From: Naegleria gruberi
Lineage: Eukaryota
Assembly: GCA_000004985.1 (NCBI GenBank)
Contig: GG738900.1
Length of the DNA stretch: 64,000 nt
Strand: one strand, 5' to 3'
This document shows, one piece after another, positions 22,310 to 37,300 of this stretch (its first letter is position 1; each line of letters starts with the position of its first letter). Made by a program: the position numbers and the translations under genes. The notes below the pieces were generated by a model. The model had not been told where the DNA came from, did no database searches, and saw only the letters and a list, made by a program, of their open reading frames with translations.

Positions 22310-25300
22310 TTACTTTCTTTTGAGGAAGGATGGTTTACCAAAGAATGAAGACTTAATGCTTTGAAGTTCACCTACCGATTGTAAATCATTTCCTTCAGTC
22401 TCATTATTTTGTTCAGGATCTGTCTTCTTATTTCTAGTAAAGAATGATTTCTTTGTATCCAAACGAGGTATAGCAGCTCTAGTATTTTGTACTTCTTCAA
22501 CTACAACATAAACATCTTCTGCTTCATCATCATCTTGTGCAACTTGTTGTGTGCTAATGTTTGAGGAAACAACATGCTGAGTGGAACCGGTTACAACTGT
22601 GCTACTAGAGCTAGAAGAATGGTTAGTAACAGTAGAGCTACTGGTTTGCTTTGTGACAATATTTGAACTACTGATGGCTTGTTGAGAACTTGTTATCACT
22701 GTTTGTCCGGATACTGCTGATGAGTTTGAATTTTCTGTTGTGGTGATAGTGGAAGAGCTTTGCTTTGATCCAAAGGCCCCTTTCACTGCTTCTCTCATGG
22801 AAGTCTTGCTTTTCATTCCCTTCAATGCTTGCCATCCAAATGGCATTCTCTTCTTTTCAACTCCAGTTTCTTCAACTACAACATAAACATCTTCTGCTTC
22901 ATCATCTTCTTGTGCTACTTGTTGACCATTACTACTGGACACAACTTGTTGACTTGAGGATTGACTAACCATTTTACCTGATTCACTTGCTTCGATAGAT
23001 TTGCTACTATTTACAACAGTCTTTTCTTGTGAAGAAAATCTAGTGGATTTAGATTTTTCAGGCTTTCTCTTTGATGATGCTTCTTGGGATTCAACAACAA
23101 TATAAACATCTTCTCCTTCATCAACCTCTTCAGAAGCACCAGATTGTTGAGTTGAGGTCTTTTGAGCTACCATATTAGATGTCATATTTATAGAAGCAGC
23201 TGATCTACTGCTGATCATAGAGTTGGTAGATTGATAGGTACTTAATTGATCTTCTTGGGTGTAATCAGATGATCTACCTTCCTTTGTTATCAATGCATTG
23301 GCAGCATCTCTCATTGACATCTTATTCTTCTTCATATCTTTCAATGCTTGCCATGCTGAAGATTTCTTTCTCTTCTCCTTTGCTTCTGACTCTACAACAA
23401 CATAAACATCCTCACCTTCATCAACTTCTTCCTTCTTGTTAACAACACTACCCACGTTTCGTTCAAACATACCACTACTCAAGGTTTGCAACATCATATC
23501 TTCGTTCTTTTCCTCTTCGAAAGACATTGGTGGTTTACTTCTGTTCACAACAGTATTCTCTTCAAAGGAACTTTCATTGTTGGAAGAAGAGTTTGGTAAA
23601 GTCTTACTTGATTTGCTAGATTTAGACTTTTCAGGCTTTCTCTTTGATGATGCTTCTTGAGATTCAACAACAATATAAACATCTTCTCCTTCATCAACCT
23701 CTTCAGAAGCACCAGATTGTTGAGTTGAGGTCTTTTGAGCTGCCATATTCAATTCGCTGGATTGTTGATTTGAGGATTTTTGAAGTTTTCTACTACCAGA
23801 AGTAGAGTTAGATTGGTGGACTTGTTCTTCATCAAGAGATACTGGAGGCTTACTTCTGTTAACAACTGATTTTTCTTGAGAAGATTTTGTGGATGATTTT
23901 CCGTTCTTTGACTTCTTGTTTGATCTCTTCTTTGATTTTTCTTCAGATTCCACAACAACAAAAACATCTTCTCCTTCATCTTCTTCAACAGAATTGGTCA
24001 CATTTTGTTGCATCGATTGTGCTTGCATTCCAGATAAGTTACTTGTTGGTATCTTTTGCTTGCTTTCTTTTGGTTTGCTGACTGGTTTCATCTTCTTTTC
24101 TTCAGATTCTACAACTACGAATACATCCTCTCCTTCGTCCTTGCTTTCTGTTGCTGTAGCCATTATTGATTCTCTGTGAGATAATGGCGAGCTCCTAACT
24201 GCTGGTTGGGTTGGTTCTTCATCAAATGACAATGGAGGCTTGCTTCTGTTGACAACTGAATTTTCACTAGAATCTCCAATATATTTGGAAGAAACCTTAA
24301 TTGGTTTGTTTTGCATGATATCTTCTTGAACTGGAGGAGCGTATTTCTTGGCTTGTTCTGATTCTGCAACAATATAAACATCTTCATCAACCTCTTCAGA
24401 AGCAGCAGATTTGTTAGACACTTGTGGTCTTGTTTCCTCAGAAGTGAATTTCTTATTTACAACACTTTCTTCGAACTTATTAGCAGCAAACATGTCACCA
24501 TACAAAGATTGTAACATCTTCTTATTTTCTTCCTCTTGTACGACATTTAGTGGAGAGGCCTTTACTATCTTTTCTTCCTCAGTATAAACTTGTCCTCTAA
24601 CAGTTTGAGAGTTAACACTTGATGGTCTGCTACTGGTTGTTGAATTCAATTCCACATCTCTAGTTTCCTTGGATGCTGACTGAACTCTAGTTCTTCTTGT
24701 TGGGAGTCTTGGACTACCGTGAGATTGAGGTCTTGATGAGCTTTGGTTTGATGTAACTCTTGGAGCACTCTTATTGTTCAAAACAACGTTTTGCAATGAT
24801 TTTTCCTCTTCCTCTTCTTCATCAATATAAACTTGGCCTTGAACTGTTTGAGATTTAGGAGCAACATAGGATCTTGGTTTGGAAGGTTTAACTTCTTCAG
24901 GTGTTGTTTCCACAACTTGCTTCTTTTCCTTTTCTGAGAATAATTCACCTCTCAAGGTTTGAGCCTTATTACTTTGTAAAACTCTTGGCTGAACAAATTC
25001 AGGCGTCTTACTATGATTAACAACTTCCTTTTCTTCAGTTTGCTTGGTTTCACTAAATACATCTCCTCTCATGGTTTGAGATTTGTTACTTGGTAAAACT
25101 CTTGGACTCTTTGGTTGAGCAACTTCTAGGGCTCTACTATGATTAACCACTTCCTTTTCTTCCTTAGAGTTTGCATAAAGTTCTCCCTTCAAGGTTTCCG
25201 TATTTGCACTTGAAATATGCTTCTTTTCTGGAACTTTACCGATTGGCTTACTAGATACATCACTACCGGTAATCAAATTGGCATTCTCATCGACAGTAGT

Positions 25301-28300
25301 AACACTCTTCTCTCCAAATAAATCACCCCTAATGGTTTGAGCCTTATTACTTTGTAAAACTCTTGGACTCTTTGTTTGAGCAAATTCTGGGGCTCTACTA
25401 TGATTAACAACTTCCTTTTCTTCAGTTTGATTGGTTTCACTAAATACATCTCCTCTCATGGTTTGAGATTTAGTTTCAGTGGAAGTTCTTGGAATCTTTA
25501 CTTGTGTTGGAGCAAATTCTGGGGCTCTATGGTTAACCACTTCCTTTTCTTCAGTATTCTTGTCCTTGAGTATTTGAGAAGAAACCTTAATAGGCTTGTT
25601 GAATAACAAGTCATCCATAGTCTTTTCTTCGTTTTGTTCAGTCTTTCTAAATATGCTACTTTCTTCCATCTCTTCACATTCATCTTCAGTAGATCCCATC
25701 GAGAATGGATTTAATGATGATAATTTGGCAGGTTTTGGTTTTGTGCCCCGTTGTACAAAATCTTTTTCATCTACCAATTCTACACTACTTTCCTCTTCAT
25801 GTTCATCCTTAACACGTCCGTTGGCATATGCAAACTCGTTAACAAGACCTTCTTTGACAAGTTTTACAGAGTTGCTACTTCTTCTCAAATCGTCAGTTTC
25901 TTCAACCAAAGATTCGTCTTCATCTTCAGTGACACTATGTTGCATTGAAACATCTCTTTCTCCTTGAATAATATTTGATTTCTTTGATAGCCTTGGTGTG
26001 AATGATTGTACTACGTTTGGCTGGACTTCAGTTTCTTCAGTATAATTTTGTTTGGCGTAAGGATTGATTGATTGCATTGTCATCTTATTCTTCTTTTCTT
26101 CAAATGTTTCTTCATCATCCTTCAAATCCCAGATAGAACCATTTGAATTCTTCACATTCACTTCCTTTTCTTCCTTTTCTTCTGTTTCTTCGTATTGATT
26201 TTCATTCAAGTCAACAAGTGTACCTCCAAGAAGTGGAAGAACCTTATTCTTTCCACCAGTGGTTTGTTGTACAAGTTTGGCATCTCCTGGAACAATTTGA
26301 ACCTTTCTCATAGATCTACCGGTCTTCTTAAGAGGTCTATAAGCAACAAATGGTTCTTCAACCTTAAGACCTTGCTTGTTCATAACTTCCATTTCAACTT
26401 CAGTTTCCTCGTTATATTCTTCTGCAGCTTGAGTCTTAATAGCTATTTGTTGAATCTTCATTTCTTCTTCCTCATCATATGAGATATCAGATTCAGTTGA
26501 TCCTCCAACAACAACTTCTTCTTTATGAACACAGCAACAACAACAACAGAATCCTGCAAATCTTCTTCTATTTCTACACAAGATAATGCAAGAAATAAGA
26601 CAAGTTAGAGAGAAACCACAAATAATAACAGCAGCAGCTCCTAAAGCAGCAACATAGGTGTATGAATAATAGATAACAGTGCTTGTTTGCAGCACAAATA
26701 CGTTGGTGAATTGCTTGCAACGACATTTGGCAAAGGTATCATTTCTAGAAATTGGAGCTACAAGAGAACACTCAGTTCTGATCAAAGAAGATCCATCCTC
26801 AAAATCACCACAAGTATAGGTTTCGGAAACAGTTGTAAAGTCAAGGACATCATGAATAATTTCTGTTTCGACCTTACTAAAGTTAAGTGGAATTGTATAG
26901 ATAATGTCATTCTCGTTAATTGGAGTGGCAACATCAATAAATTCAACAGAAACAATTGGTGAAATCAAGTTAGCCAAAGTATTTGCGTTGGAGAAACTAC
27001 TGGCTGATGTAATCTTTTTAGACTGTTTCAATTGCGAGTTAAGTGAGTAAATATCTTCAGAAACGCACAAAACATAAATAAATGGTTTCTTAACAAGGTA
27101 TGAAAGTTTTGACACTTCAAATTCAAAGAAACCTGACAAGACATCAATACTGGTTTGTGTAATTGGTTCTTGGACATATGTTGGATAATCGTTCAATGTA
27201 CTTTTACCAATTACGACATGGAAGAATGGACCCTGATATCCCTTCTTAAGTCTACCAGCAGACATTCCTCTGGCCATCAAGTAAGAGGTCATCTTCAATG
27301 TCAACAATAGTCTTCTAGAGTTGACTTTTTGATCAATAAGGTATTGTTTGTCAACTACATAGTAATATGCAGAACGAATGCAACCATCTAACATGATATT
27401 CATTCCTGAGGTAAGCTTCAAGCTAGGATCAGAAAGTGAGAATGTAAGGAAAGTGTTCAAAGTATATAAAGATCTATCTACAGTCACACTAGTAAGATAA
27501 GGATAATTCAATAACATTGAATCAACAGCAAAGGAAAGCAAAGATAAGTATTCAACGCTTACAGTTCCTGTTGCATTGGCAATATTGTTCATATCATCGA
27601 GTGCGTGAATCTTTGATAATTGGATATTATTAAAATCTTTGACTTCAATATCACAATATTGGCCTATCCATTCATCCTTACACTTGCAAGAACCAGCAAT
27701 ATCAACACCATTTATACATTCCAAAGAACTAGAGGAACTAGAATGTTGAATAGTATCAGAAATTGTTTCTTCCAACATTACTGAGCCTGTTCTGGAAGAT
27801 GAAGAAGATTGGTAGATACTCTTACTGTATTCTCCCTCCAAAATATAGCTTTGACCTGCATCTGCCCAAGCGATGATTGTTGTTTGGACTTCTTCAACTT
27901 GTTGAACAAATGGTTTATCAATGGTAATGTTAGTGTAAGTAGTTGTTGAAGCACCTGTAAGAGTATTAATTACTTCAAAGTAACATGTTAAAATACTTCC
28001 AGTAAATGGAGCTGGAAGTTTTGAAGAATAAACCTCGCCAAGACTATATAATGGAAGCTTGGCACCTGATCTATCATCAATAAATCCGTATACATAGTCG
28101 ATATGATTTGCATCATCTTTACAATTTGTACAGTAGAATTGGAAATCTGTTTGTTGGGCAATACCTTCAGGAGGATTGATTGTACACAAACATGGTTTTG
28201 GAGAGGTTGCAACTTCGAAAGTATATGTAGTAGATGTTGAGGCTCCAGTGTTTGGATCATAAGCAGTGATAACAACAGTATTATTTGTTCCTTCTTCAAA

Positions 28301-31300
28301 TTCGCTTGTATCAATGTTGATTGTTGATGAATCGACAATACCTTTGTTCTTTGAATTGATTGTCAAGTTGGTTCTTGTAAGTGAAGGATCACTGGAGGTA
28401 TATGTTTGAATAGTAACTGTTTGACCTTGGATAACATATGTCTTTGGTTCAACATCCACAATATTAACAATAGGAGGTACGTTTACAAAGTAAACTACTG
28501 TTGTTGCAGAAATAGATCTTCCATCAGACTTTTCAATTGTCAAAGTAAGAGTAATATAGGATGGAACAGTTTCATTAAATATCTTGGATTCAATTGTAAA
28601 CTCAGTAGATCTATCTTTAGAAATATTGAAAAGGAATTCCAATAATGTTTGGTTACTATTTTCCAAACAAGTCCAAGTCCATTGTTCAGTAATACCTGTG
28701 TGGTATGTTGATTCAGGGTCAGAGTATTCAACATCAATTATAGTATAATTCTTTCTAGCTTCTCTTTGAATAATAGATAAAACCATATCTATTGGTTTTG
28801 TTATTAATGTTACGATACTTGTTGTGTTCAATTGAGGATAGGATGGATAGAAGGCTGTAACTAAGAAAGTATATGTTTGATAGCCAAAGGTGGAAATAGA
28901 AGGAATGTAAAGATTTCCAAAGGTATCGACTTGATAATCTATTATCGGTCCTGTAAGTTGTTCCCATTTAACAGCAGATTTTTGTGATTTACAAGATGAT
29001 TCTGATACAGTCTTCTTAAAATAGACAGGGAATTGAGAGGCATCCTTTTCTTGGTGAGTGATTGGAACATAAATTGATGGAATTGGCTTTGATGCCTTAG
29101 TAAATACATTAGAATAAACAATAGAACTATTCTTTCTAGCAAATGTACTCTCAACTTGGAGAGAAACTAGGTATGAACCAGGTAAAAGACTAGAATTTTG
29201 CAATTTGATGAAAGGGCTGTTTGCAAAATTGGAATAAAAAACTTGATAGGTTGTAGAATCAAGTAAATTCCAATAATAATGCAGTGATTTTCCATCCTCT
29301 GAGTGACTCATAGATCCATCAATAGTAATATCATCACATGAACTGTAAAATTCATCCAAAGTAGAAATAACAGCAGTTGGCCAAATATTGGAAGGCATGG
29401 CAACATCTATTTGAACATAATAATTTTGTTGAGTAACGTGATTGATTCTATCAATAACAAGAGTGTTGATATTGATTGTATCAATTTCTGGTTGCAAGGT
29501 ATAATCCATAGAACCAAAGCTAATAATGAACAAATTGTTGGTTCTATCAATAAATTGACATTTAAGGTTTGATAGTGTACCAAACAAGTTTCTATTAATA
29601 TCAGTCTCACTCAATAGATAACTGCAAGGTATATCAATCTTTGTGTATGAGTCAGGAACATAGAGATTAAAGATGAGTCCTCTAAAATCTGAGGAGAAAA
29701 CAGCAGGTCCTACAACCTTTGTAGCACACAACTCACCATAATAATCTTGGTCACACTTGTTACATGTAAATCCTGTCCAAAATCCTTGGGAGTAATCTGT
29801 GTAACATTCACATGCACCACTGATTAAACATTCACCATGATTAGTACAATTGATTTCCTTTTTACAAGTACCATACATTATCATAATTTCACAATTAGTA
29901 CCATTATAACCAGTCTTACAATTACAAGTGTCAATATCTACACACTTTCCTTTTCCTGAGCAAACAGATTTTACGTTTCTTGAAACACCGAAACAATCAT
30001 ATTCTTGACATGTTGAGCCGTAATAAGTATCAACACAAGAACAATTATTATAATCTATACATTGACCTCTTCTGGAGCATACACTATTATTGTTTGATCT
30101 GACATTTCCACATGTAGTCAAGGCACAATCATTACCAAAGTAGTGTGGTCTACATGAACAATTATTATAGCTTGCACACACTCCTCTTCCTGAGCAAACA
30201 GATGGGTCAGTGTTGTTACCTTCTAAACAAGTATAGAATTCACAGTTAACTCCATAGTATCCAGTATCACATGTGCAGTTAGAATACTCAGAACATTTAC
30301 CTCTTCCAGAACAAACAGAGTTGTTAAGGTGTTCCACGTTGTTACAAGTGTAGAATTCACATGTAGGGCCATAATAACCTTCATCACAAGAGCAGTTATT
30401 AAAATCAATACATTGTCCTCTTGACGAGCAAACTGTTGTTTCGTTGGATTGTACATTACCGCAACTAGTTAATTGACAGTCAACACCCCAATAATTGGTG
30501 AAGCAGGTACAATTATTATAACTGGAGCATTCACCTCTTGCGGAGCAGGAGTTTGATTCAGTGTGATTGACATAATTGCAGGTGAAGAATTGACAATCAT
30601 TTCCAAAGTAACCTTCATCACATTCACATTTTTCATAGCTTGTACATTTACCATGCGTTGAACAAACAGATGAATTCAAATGTTCAATTCCATTACAATC
30701 ATAGAACTCACAGACAGGTCCATAAAAATCACTCTTACATTCGCATATATTGAAATCTGAGCAATTACCTCTCGATGTACAAACAGTGGAATCATTGGAT
30801 TGAACAGAACCACATGTGGTCAATTCACATGTATCACCAAAGTAGTTATCTCTGCATGAACAATTGTTGAAAGAGGAACATTCACCTCTTGATGAACAAA
30901 CTGTTGTTTCCGTGTGGTTAACACCATTACAAGTAAAGTATTGACAATCATTTCCAAAGTAACCTTCTTTGCATATACATACTTCAGGAATTGTACATTT
31001 ACCATACGTTGAACAAACAGATGAATTCAAATGTTCAATTCCATTACAATCATAGAACTCACAGACAGGTCCATAAAAATCACTCTTACATTCGCATATA
31101 TTGAAATCTGAACAATTACCTCTCGATGTACAAACTTTAGAATTATTAGATTGAACAGAACCACATGTGGTCAATTCACAAGTAGATCCAAAATAGTTAT
31201 CTCTGCATGAACAATTGTTATAGCTTGAACATTCACCTCTTGAAGAGCAAACTGTTGATTCAGTGTGATTGACACTATTGCAGGTGAAGAATTGACAATC

Positions 31301-34300
31301 ATTTCCAAAGTAACCTTCATCACATTCACATTTTTCATAGCTTGTACATTTACCGTGCGTTGAACAAACAGATGAATTCAAATGTTCAATTCCATTACAA
31401 TTAAAGTATTCACAATTATCACCATAATATCCTTCATCGCATGCACAAGAATCAAAATCTGCACATTGTCCCTTTCCAGAGCATACATTGGTATCGTTGG
31501 AAAGAACTCCATGGCAAGAGGTTACATCACATGCAAGGTCCATATAATTTTCTCTACATTTACAATCACCAAAGTTTGTACAATTACCTCTACCTGAACA
31601 TACAAGAGGTTCTCCCTCAGTAATATTGAAGCAGCTATAATGTTCGCAAATATCACCAAAGTAGCCATATTTACAAACGCAAGTGTTGTAATCAATACAC
31701 TTTCCTTTTCCAGAACATACATAAGGGTTATTTGAGTTGACAGTACCACATGTTGTCAATTCACATGTATCACCAAAGTAGTTGTCTCTGCATGAACAAT
31801 TGTTGAAGGAGGAACATTCACCTCTTGATGAACAAACGGATGAATTGGTACTGTTAATGCCACCACAAGTGAAGAATTGGCATTCACCTCCAAAGTACCC
31901 ATTTTCGCAATCACAAACATCATAATCTACACAAATACCCTTGCTATAACAAACGCTTGAGTTTGTGTTAAGAACACCAAAACATTGTACCAATTCACAC
32001 TCAGTGCCAAAATAGTTAATCGATGAGCAATTGCAAGTATTGAAATCTGAACAATTACCTCTCGATGTACAAACCTTAGAATTATTAGATTGAATAGAAC
32101 CACATGTGGTCAATTCACATGTATCACCAAAGTAGTTATCTCTGCATGAACAATTGTTGAAAGAGGAACATTCACCTCTTGATGAACAAACTGTTGTTTC
32201 CGTGTGGTTAACACCATTACAAGTAAAGTATTGACAATCATTTCCATTATAATGTTCTTCGCATTGGCATCTGTCAAATGAAGCACATTTACCAAAACCA
32301 GAACAAACTGATGATGTGTTAGAGGACACTCCATTACATGTTGTAACTTCACATGTTGAACCGTAGTAGTTTGTATCACAATCACAATCATTTACATCAA
32401 CACAAGAACCATGACCACTACAAACGCTGGAATCATTACTCAAAATACCATCACAAATGGTAACTTCGCACATTGGACCAAACATATTGGCCATACAAAC
32501 ACATGTATTTCCATCAATACAATCACCACGACCAGAGCATGTTGAATTGGAGAATTTTGAAACACCGAAACAATTGAAATTTTCGCATTCACTTCCGTAG
32601 TAACCAGCAGAACAATTACAAATATTGTAATCCATACAGGAACCCTTTGAAGAACAAACCTTAGAATCATTAGATTGAATTGAACCACATGTGGTCAATT
32701 CACAATCGTTACCAAAGTAGTTGTCTCTACAAGTGCAATTGTTGTAGCTTGAACATTCACCTCTTGAAGAGCAAACTGTTGATTCAGTGTGATTGACACT
32801 ATTGCAGGTGAAGAATTGACAATTATTTCCAAAGTAACCTTCATCACATTCACATTTTTCATAGCTTGTACAATGACCTCTTGAGGAACAAACAGATGAA
32901 TTCAAATGTTCAATTCCATTACAATTAAAGTATTCACAATTATCACCATAATATCCTTCATCGCATGCACAAGAATCAAAATCTGCACATTGTCCCTTTC
33001 CAGAGCATACATTGGTATCGTTGGAAAGAATTGAATTACAACTAGTTAATTCGCATTCGTCTCCCAAATAATTAAGGAAACATGAACAATTATTGGTTGA
33101 CATGCATGAACCACGTGAATGACAAGCTGTCAAATTGACGTTTAAAATTTCAAAACATTTGAATTCAGAACAATCAGAACCAAATGAATTTTCAAAACAT
33201 TGACAGGAATTAAATTGAGCACAAACACCCTTTCCTGAACATGTCAAATCTGTTTGATTGGACGGAATTCCAAAACACGAAGTAACTTGACAGAATTGAC
33301 CATAATTATTTTCAGTACAATTGCAGTGATCTGTTTCAATGCATTGACCACGACCAGAACAAACAATTGATTCGTTGCTCAACGCTCCATTACATTTGTA
33401 CAATGAACAATCAGGACCATAAGCGTCTGGATCACAAATACAAGTATTCATATCAGAACATTGTCCTCTACCTGAACAAACTAATTGTGATTGATTTGAG
33501 GCAATTGAATAACAATTTGTCACTTGACAATAATCACCATAATAACCCTCTCTACATGAACATTGGTTTGGTGATAAACATTCACCTCTTCCAGAACAAA
33601 CCATTGTTTCATTACTTAAAACAGCATTACAAATAGTAACAGAACAGTTCAATCCAAAGTAATTTGAAGCACATTTACATTCATCTGTACGTGAGCAAAG
33701 ACCATGTCCAGAGCAAACTTTAGATTCTGTGTTATTCAAACCAAAACATGTATGATATTGACAATTATCTCCATAGTATCCTTCTGAACAATTACATTGA
33801 TTGTAATCAGAACAAAGACCTCTTCCAGAACAAACACTCTTATTAGCCATATCGACTCCATAACATGATGTTCTCTCACAGAATTTACCATAATATCCTT
33901 CTGTACAATTACAAGAATCTGTTCCAATACAGTGTCCCCTTGAACTACAAACAATATTGGTAAAATTACTAAATGTGCCATTACATTTAGATATGGAACA
34001 ATCATCACCATACGCATCTGAAAGACAAACACACGTATCGATATCTGAACAATTACCTCTTCCCGAACAAACAGCTTTTTCGGTATTCATTGTTCCACGA
34101 CATGAAAAGACAGAACAAATACTTCCAGAATAACCCAAATTACAAGTACAATTATTGTAAGTTGCACAGAACCCGTGACGGGAGCAAACTTGGTGACTAG
34201 TAGAGGAAACTCCGCCACAAGTTGTATTTTCACAATTTGATCCAAAATATCCTGTATCACAACTACAATGATCAGCTCCAGTACAAGAACCATGAGAACT

Positions 34301-37300
34301 ACAAACTGTAGAATTTACAGCTGGAATGCCGTTACAAATTGGAATTTCACAGTTTGAGCCTTCATATCCCAAGGTTTCATCACAATTACAAATGTCCAAA
34401 TGTGTACAGAAACCACGACCAGAACAAACACTAGGAATATTAGTTGGTACCCCAAAGCAACTGGTGATTTCACAGAAATCACCAGAGTAAGTGTTTGGAC
34501 AAACACAAATATCAAGATCAATGCAAGTACCTACACCATTACAGACCTCTGTAGAATTGGAAGAAATAGAATCACAGGATGTAAATTCACAACGTGGTCC
34601 ATAATAACCATCAAGACAAGAACAAACATCAAATCTGGAACAAGATCCTCTTCCTGAACACACCGTAGAATGGTTTGTTGCTTCAATACCAAAGCAAGTT
34701 GTAAGTTCACACCAAGGTCCATAATAGTTTTGAGTACAGTTGCAAGTATCTAGGCCGACACATTTACCATGACCACTGCAAGATTTGGTTTCATTACTAT
34801 AAATATCATTACATGATGTAACTTCACAATTGATTCCATAGAATTCAGGTTGACATACACATGTATCATAATTAACACATGAACCCTTGCCTGAACAAGT
34901 TTCGTTTGATAATCTAGAGATACCAAAACATTCAAAATCTTGGCAAGTATGTCCATAATAACCTTCTAAACATGAACACTTGTCAAAAGCAGTACAATTA
35001 CCCTTCTCTCCACAAACGGAAGAGTTGGTGGATTCAACACCATAACATGTTGTTATTTCACACCATTTACCATAATAACCATCAGCACAAGAACAATTGT
35101 TTGGTGAAATACAATCTCCTCTTCCTGCACCAGAACATAAACCAACTAATCCATTACATATTGGAATTTCACAATCTGGACCACCATATCCAAGAGTTAA
35201 ATTACAAGTACAGTTATTGTAGAATTCACAAACACCACGTTTGTTACAAGCAAGAGGTGAAGTATTGTTAATACCATTACAAGTTGTGAATTGACACATT
35301 TGTCCATAATAACCAAAATCACATACACACTTGTCTCTTCCAGCACAGTTACCATGTCCACTGCATACATATGTTTCATTACCATAAACACCATAACAAA
35401 TGGAGACAGAGCAGTCATCGCCATAGGAATCTTCCTTACAAATACATTTGTTGTAGTCAATACATTGACCTTTTCCTGCACATGTGAGATTAGAGTGATG
35501 ATCAATTAAATAGCATGAGAAAATATCCAAGCATTCAGAATTTACATAAGGCTCCTTTGGATCACAAGTGATTGGAGCATCAAATGAAGCTTCTTGGAGA
35601 GTAACTTGACCCAATTCCTCAGAATGAACCCAAACTGCACCGTGTATCTTACCTGCAACCCAAAATTCTTGACCATACTTTGCAATAACAGTTCCATGAA
35701 CATGATTGACAAAGACATTTCCGTGAAGTGTTGTACTTAAGATCCAATCAGAAACGGTATTGCCAAAGTAATAAGTAGACCAGAATACATTTCTATATGA
35801 GGCACATTTTTCATATTTGAATTCTGCACCATAATAATGGATATATGGTGCTCTGAACACTACAGGTTCAGTTCCGACAATTACAAACTTGTGACCTTCA
35901 ATTAGCCAACTGTCCCTCAAACAATAGACACCCCCAAATTCAACAATGATGAGTTTTCCTAAAGAATCTGGATTATTAATGATGAAATCACATGGGAGTG
36001 TATTCAATTCATCAACTCTTTTTCCAACCTCATCAACTAGATTTTTGCCAAATTCATCATATGTGTATGTAATTCCATAACTTCCATTTCCAACATAAGG
36101 ATAGACTGGATCAGGGAATAGGAAGGTTGGAGGAGTAATAACCTGAGAAGGAATAGCAATACTTGCTGTCAAGACAGAATTAGCTAGAGAGTTTTTAGCA
36201 AGCAAAGCAGGTTTGTTACTGATCATCTTGTAGCAAGCAAAAATATCACTTTCACATTCAGCACCAGCATAACCACCACGCAAGAACAATNNNNNNNNNN
36301 NNNNNNNNNNNNNNNNNNNNNNNNNNNNNNNNNNNNNNNNNNNNNNNNNNNNNNNNNNNNNNNNNNNNNNNNNNNNNNNNNNNNNNNNNNNNNNNNNNNN
36401 NNNNNNNNNNNNNNNNNNNNNNNNNNNNNNNNNNNNNNNNNNNNNNNNNNNNNNNNNNNNNNNNNNNNNNNNNNNNNNNNNNNNNNNNNNNNNNNNNNNN
36501 NNNNNNNNNNNNNNNNNNNNNNNNNNNNNNNNNNNNNNNNNNNNNNNNNNNNNNNNNNNNNNNNNNNNNNNNNNNNNNNNNNNNNNNNNNNNNNNNNNNN
36601 NNNNNNNNNNNNNNNNNNNNNNNNNNNNNNNNNNNNNNNNNNNNNNNNNNNNNNNNNNNNNNNNNNNNNNNNNNNNNNNNNNNNNNNNNNNNNNNNNNNN
36701 NNNNNNNNNNNNNNNNNNNNNNNNNNNNNNNNNNNNNNNNNNNNNNNNNNNNNNNNNNNNNNNNNNNNNNNNNNNNNNNNNNNNNNNNNNNNNNNNNNNN
36801 NNNNNNNNNNNNNNNNNNNNNNNNNNNNNNNNNNNNNNNNNNNNNNNNNNNNNNNNNNNNNNNNNNNNNNNNNNNNNNNNNNNNNNNNNNNNNNNNNNNN
36901 NNNNNNNNNNNNNNNNNNNNNNNNNNNNNNNNNNNNNNNNNNNNNNNNNNNNNNNNNNNNNNNNNNNNNNNNNNNNNNNNNNNNNNNNNNNNNNNNNNNN
37001 NNNNNNNNNNNNNNNNNNNNNNNNNNNNNNNNNNNNNNNNNNNNNNNNNNNNNNNNNNNNNNNNNNNNNNNNNNNNNNNNNNNNNNNNNNNNNNNNNNNN
37101 NNNNNNNNNNNNNNNNNNNNNNNNNNNNNNNNNNNNNNNNNNNNNNNNNNNNNNNNNNNNNNNNNNNNNNNNNNNNNNNNNNNNNNNNNNNNNNNNNNNN
37201 NNNNNNNNNNNNNNNNNNNNNNNNNNNNNNNNNNNNNNNNNNNNNNNNNNNNNNNNNNNNNNNNNNNNNNNNNNNNNNNNNNNNNNNNNNNNNNNNNNNN

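Noticed and set aside
24780-25620. RGD motifs in the QTxRGDxF repeats, read as integrin-binding sites.
   Set aside because: With the N-terminal signal peptide and single TM helix, this region is predicted to be cytoplasmic, so an extracellular integrin-ligand role is not supported.
27988-35509. Numerous 60-120-aa ORFs on both strands inside the giant gene, for example 30820..31005, 32110..32391 and 33736..34032.
   Set aside because: These are antisense or off-frame ORFs created by the Cys-codon-rich, stop-poor repetitive coding sequence. They duplicate one another because the underlying DNA is duplicated. They are not independent genes.
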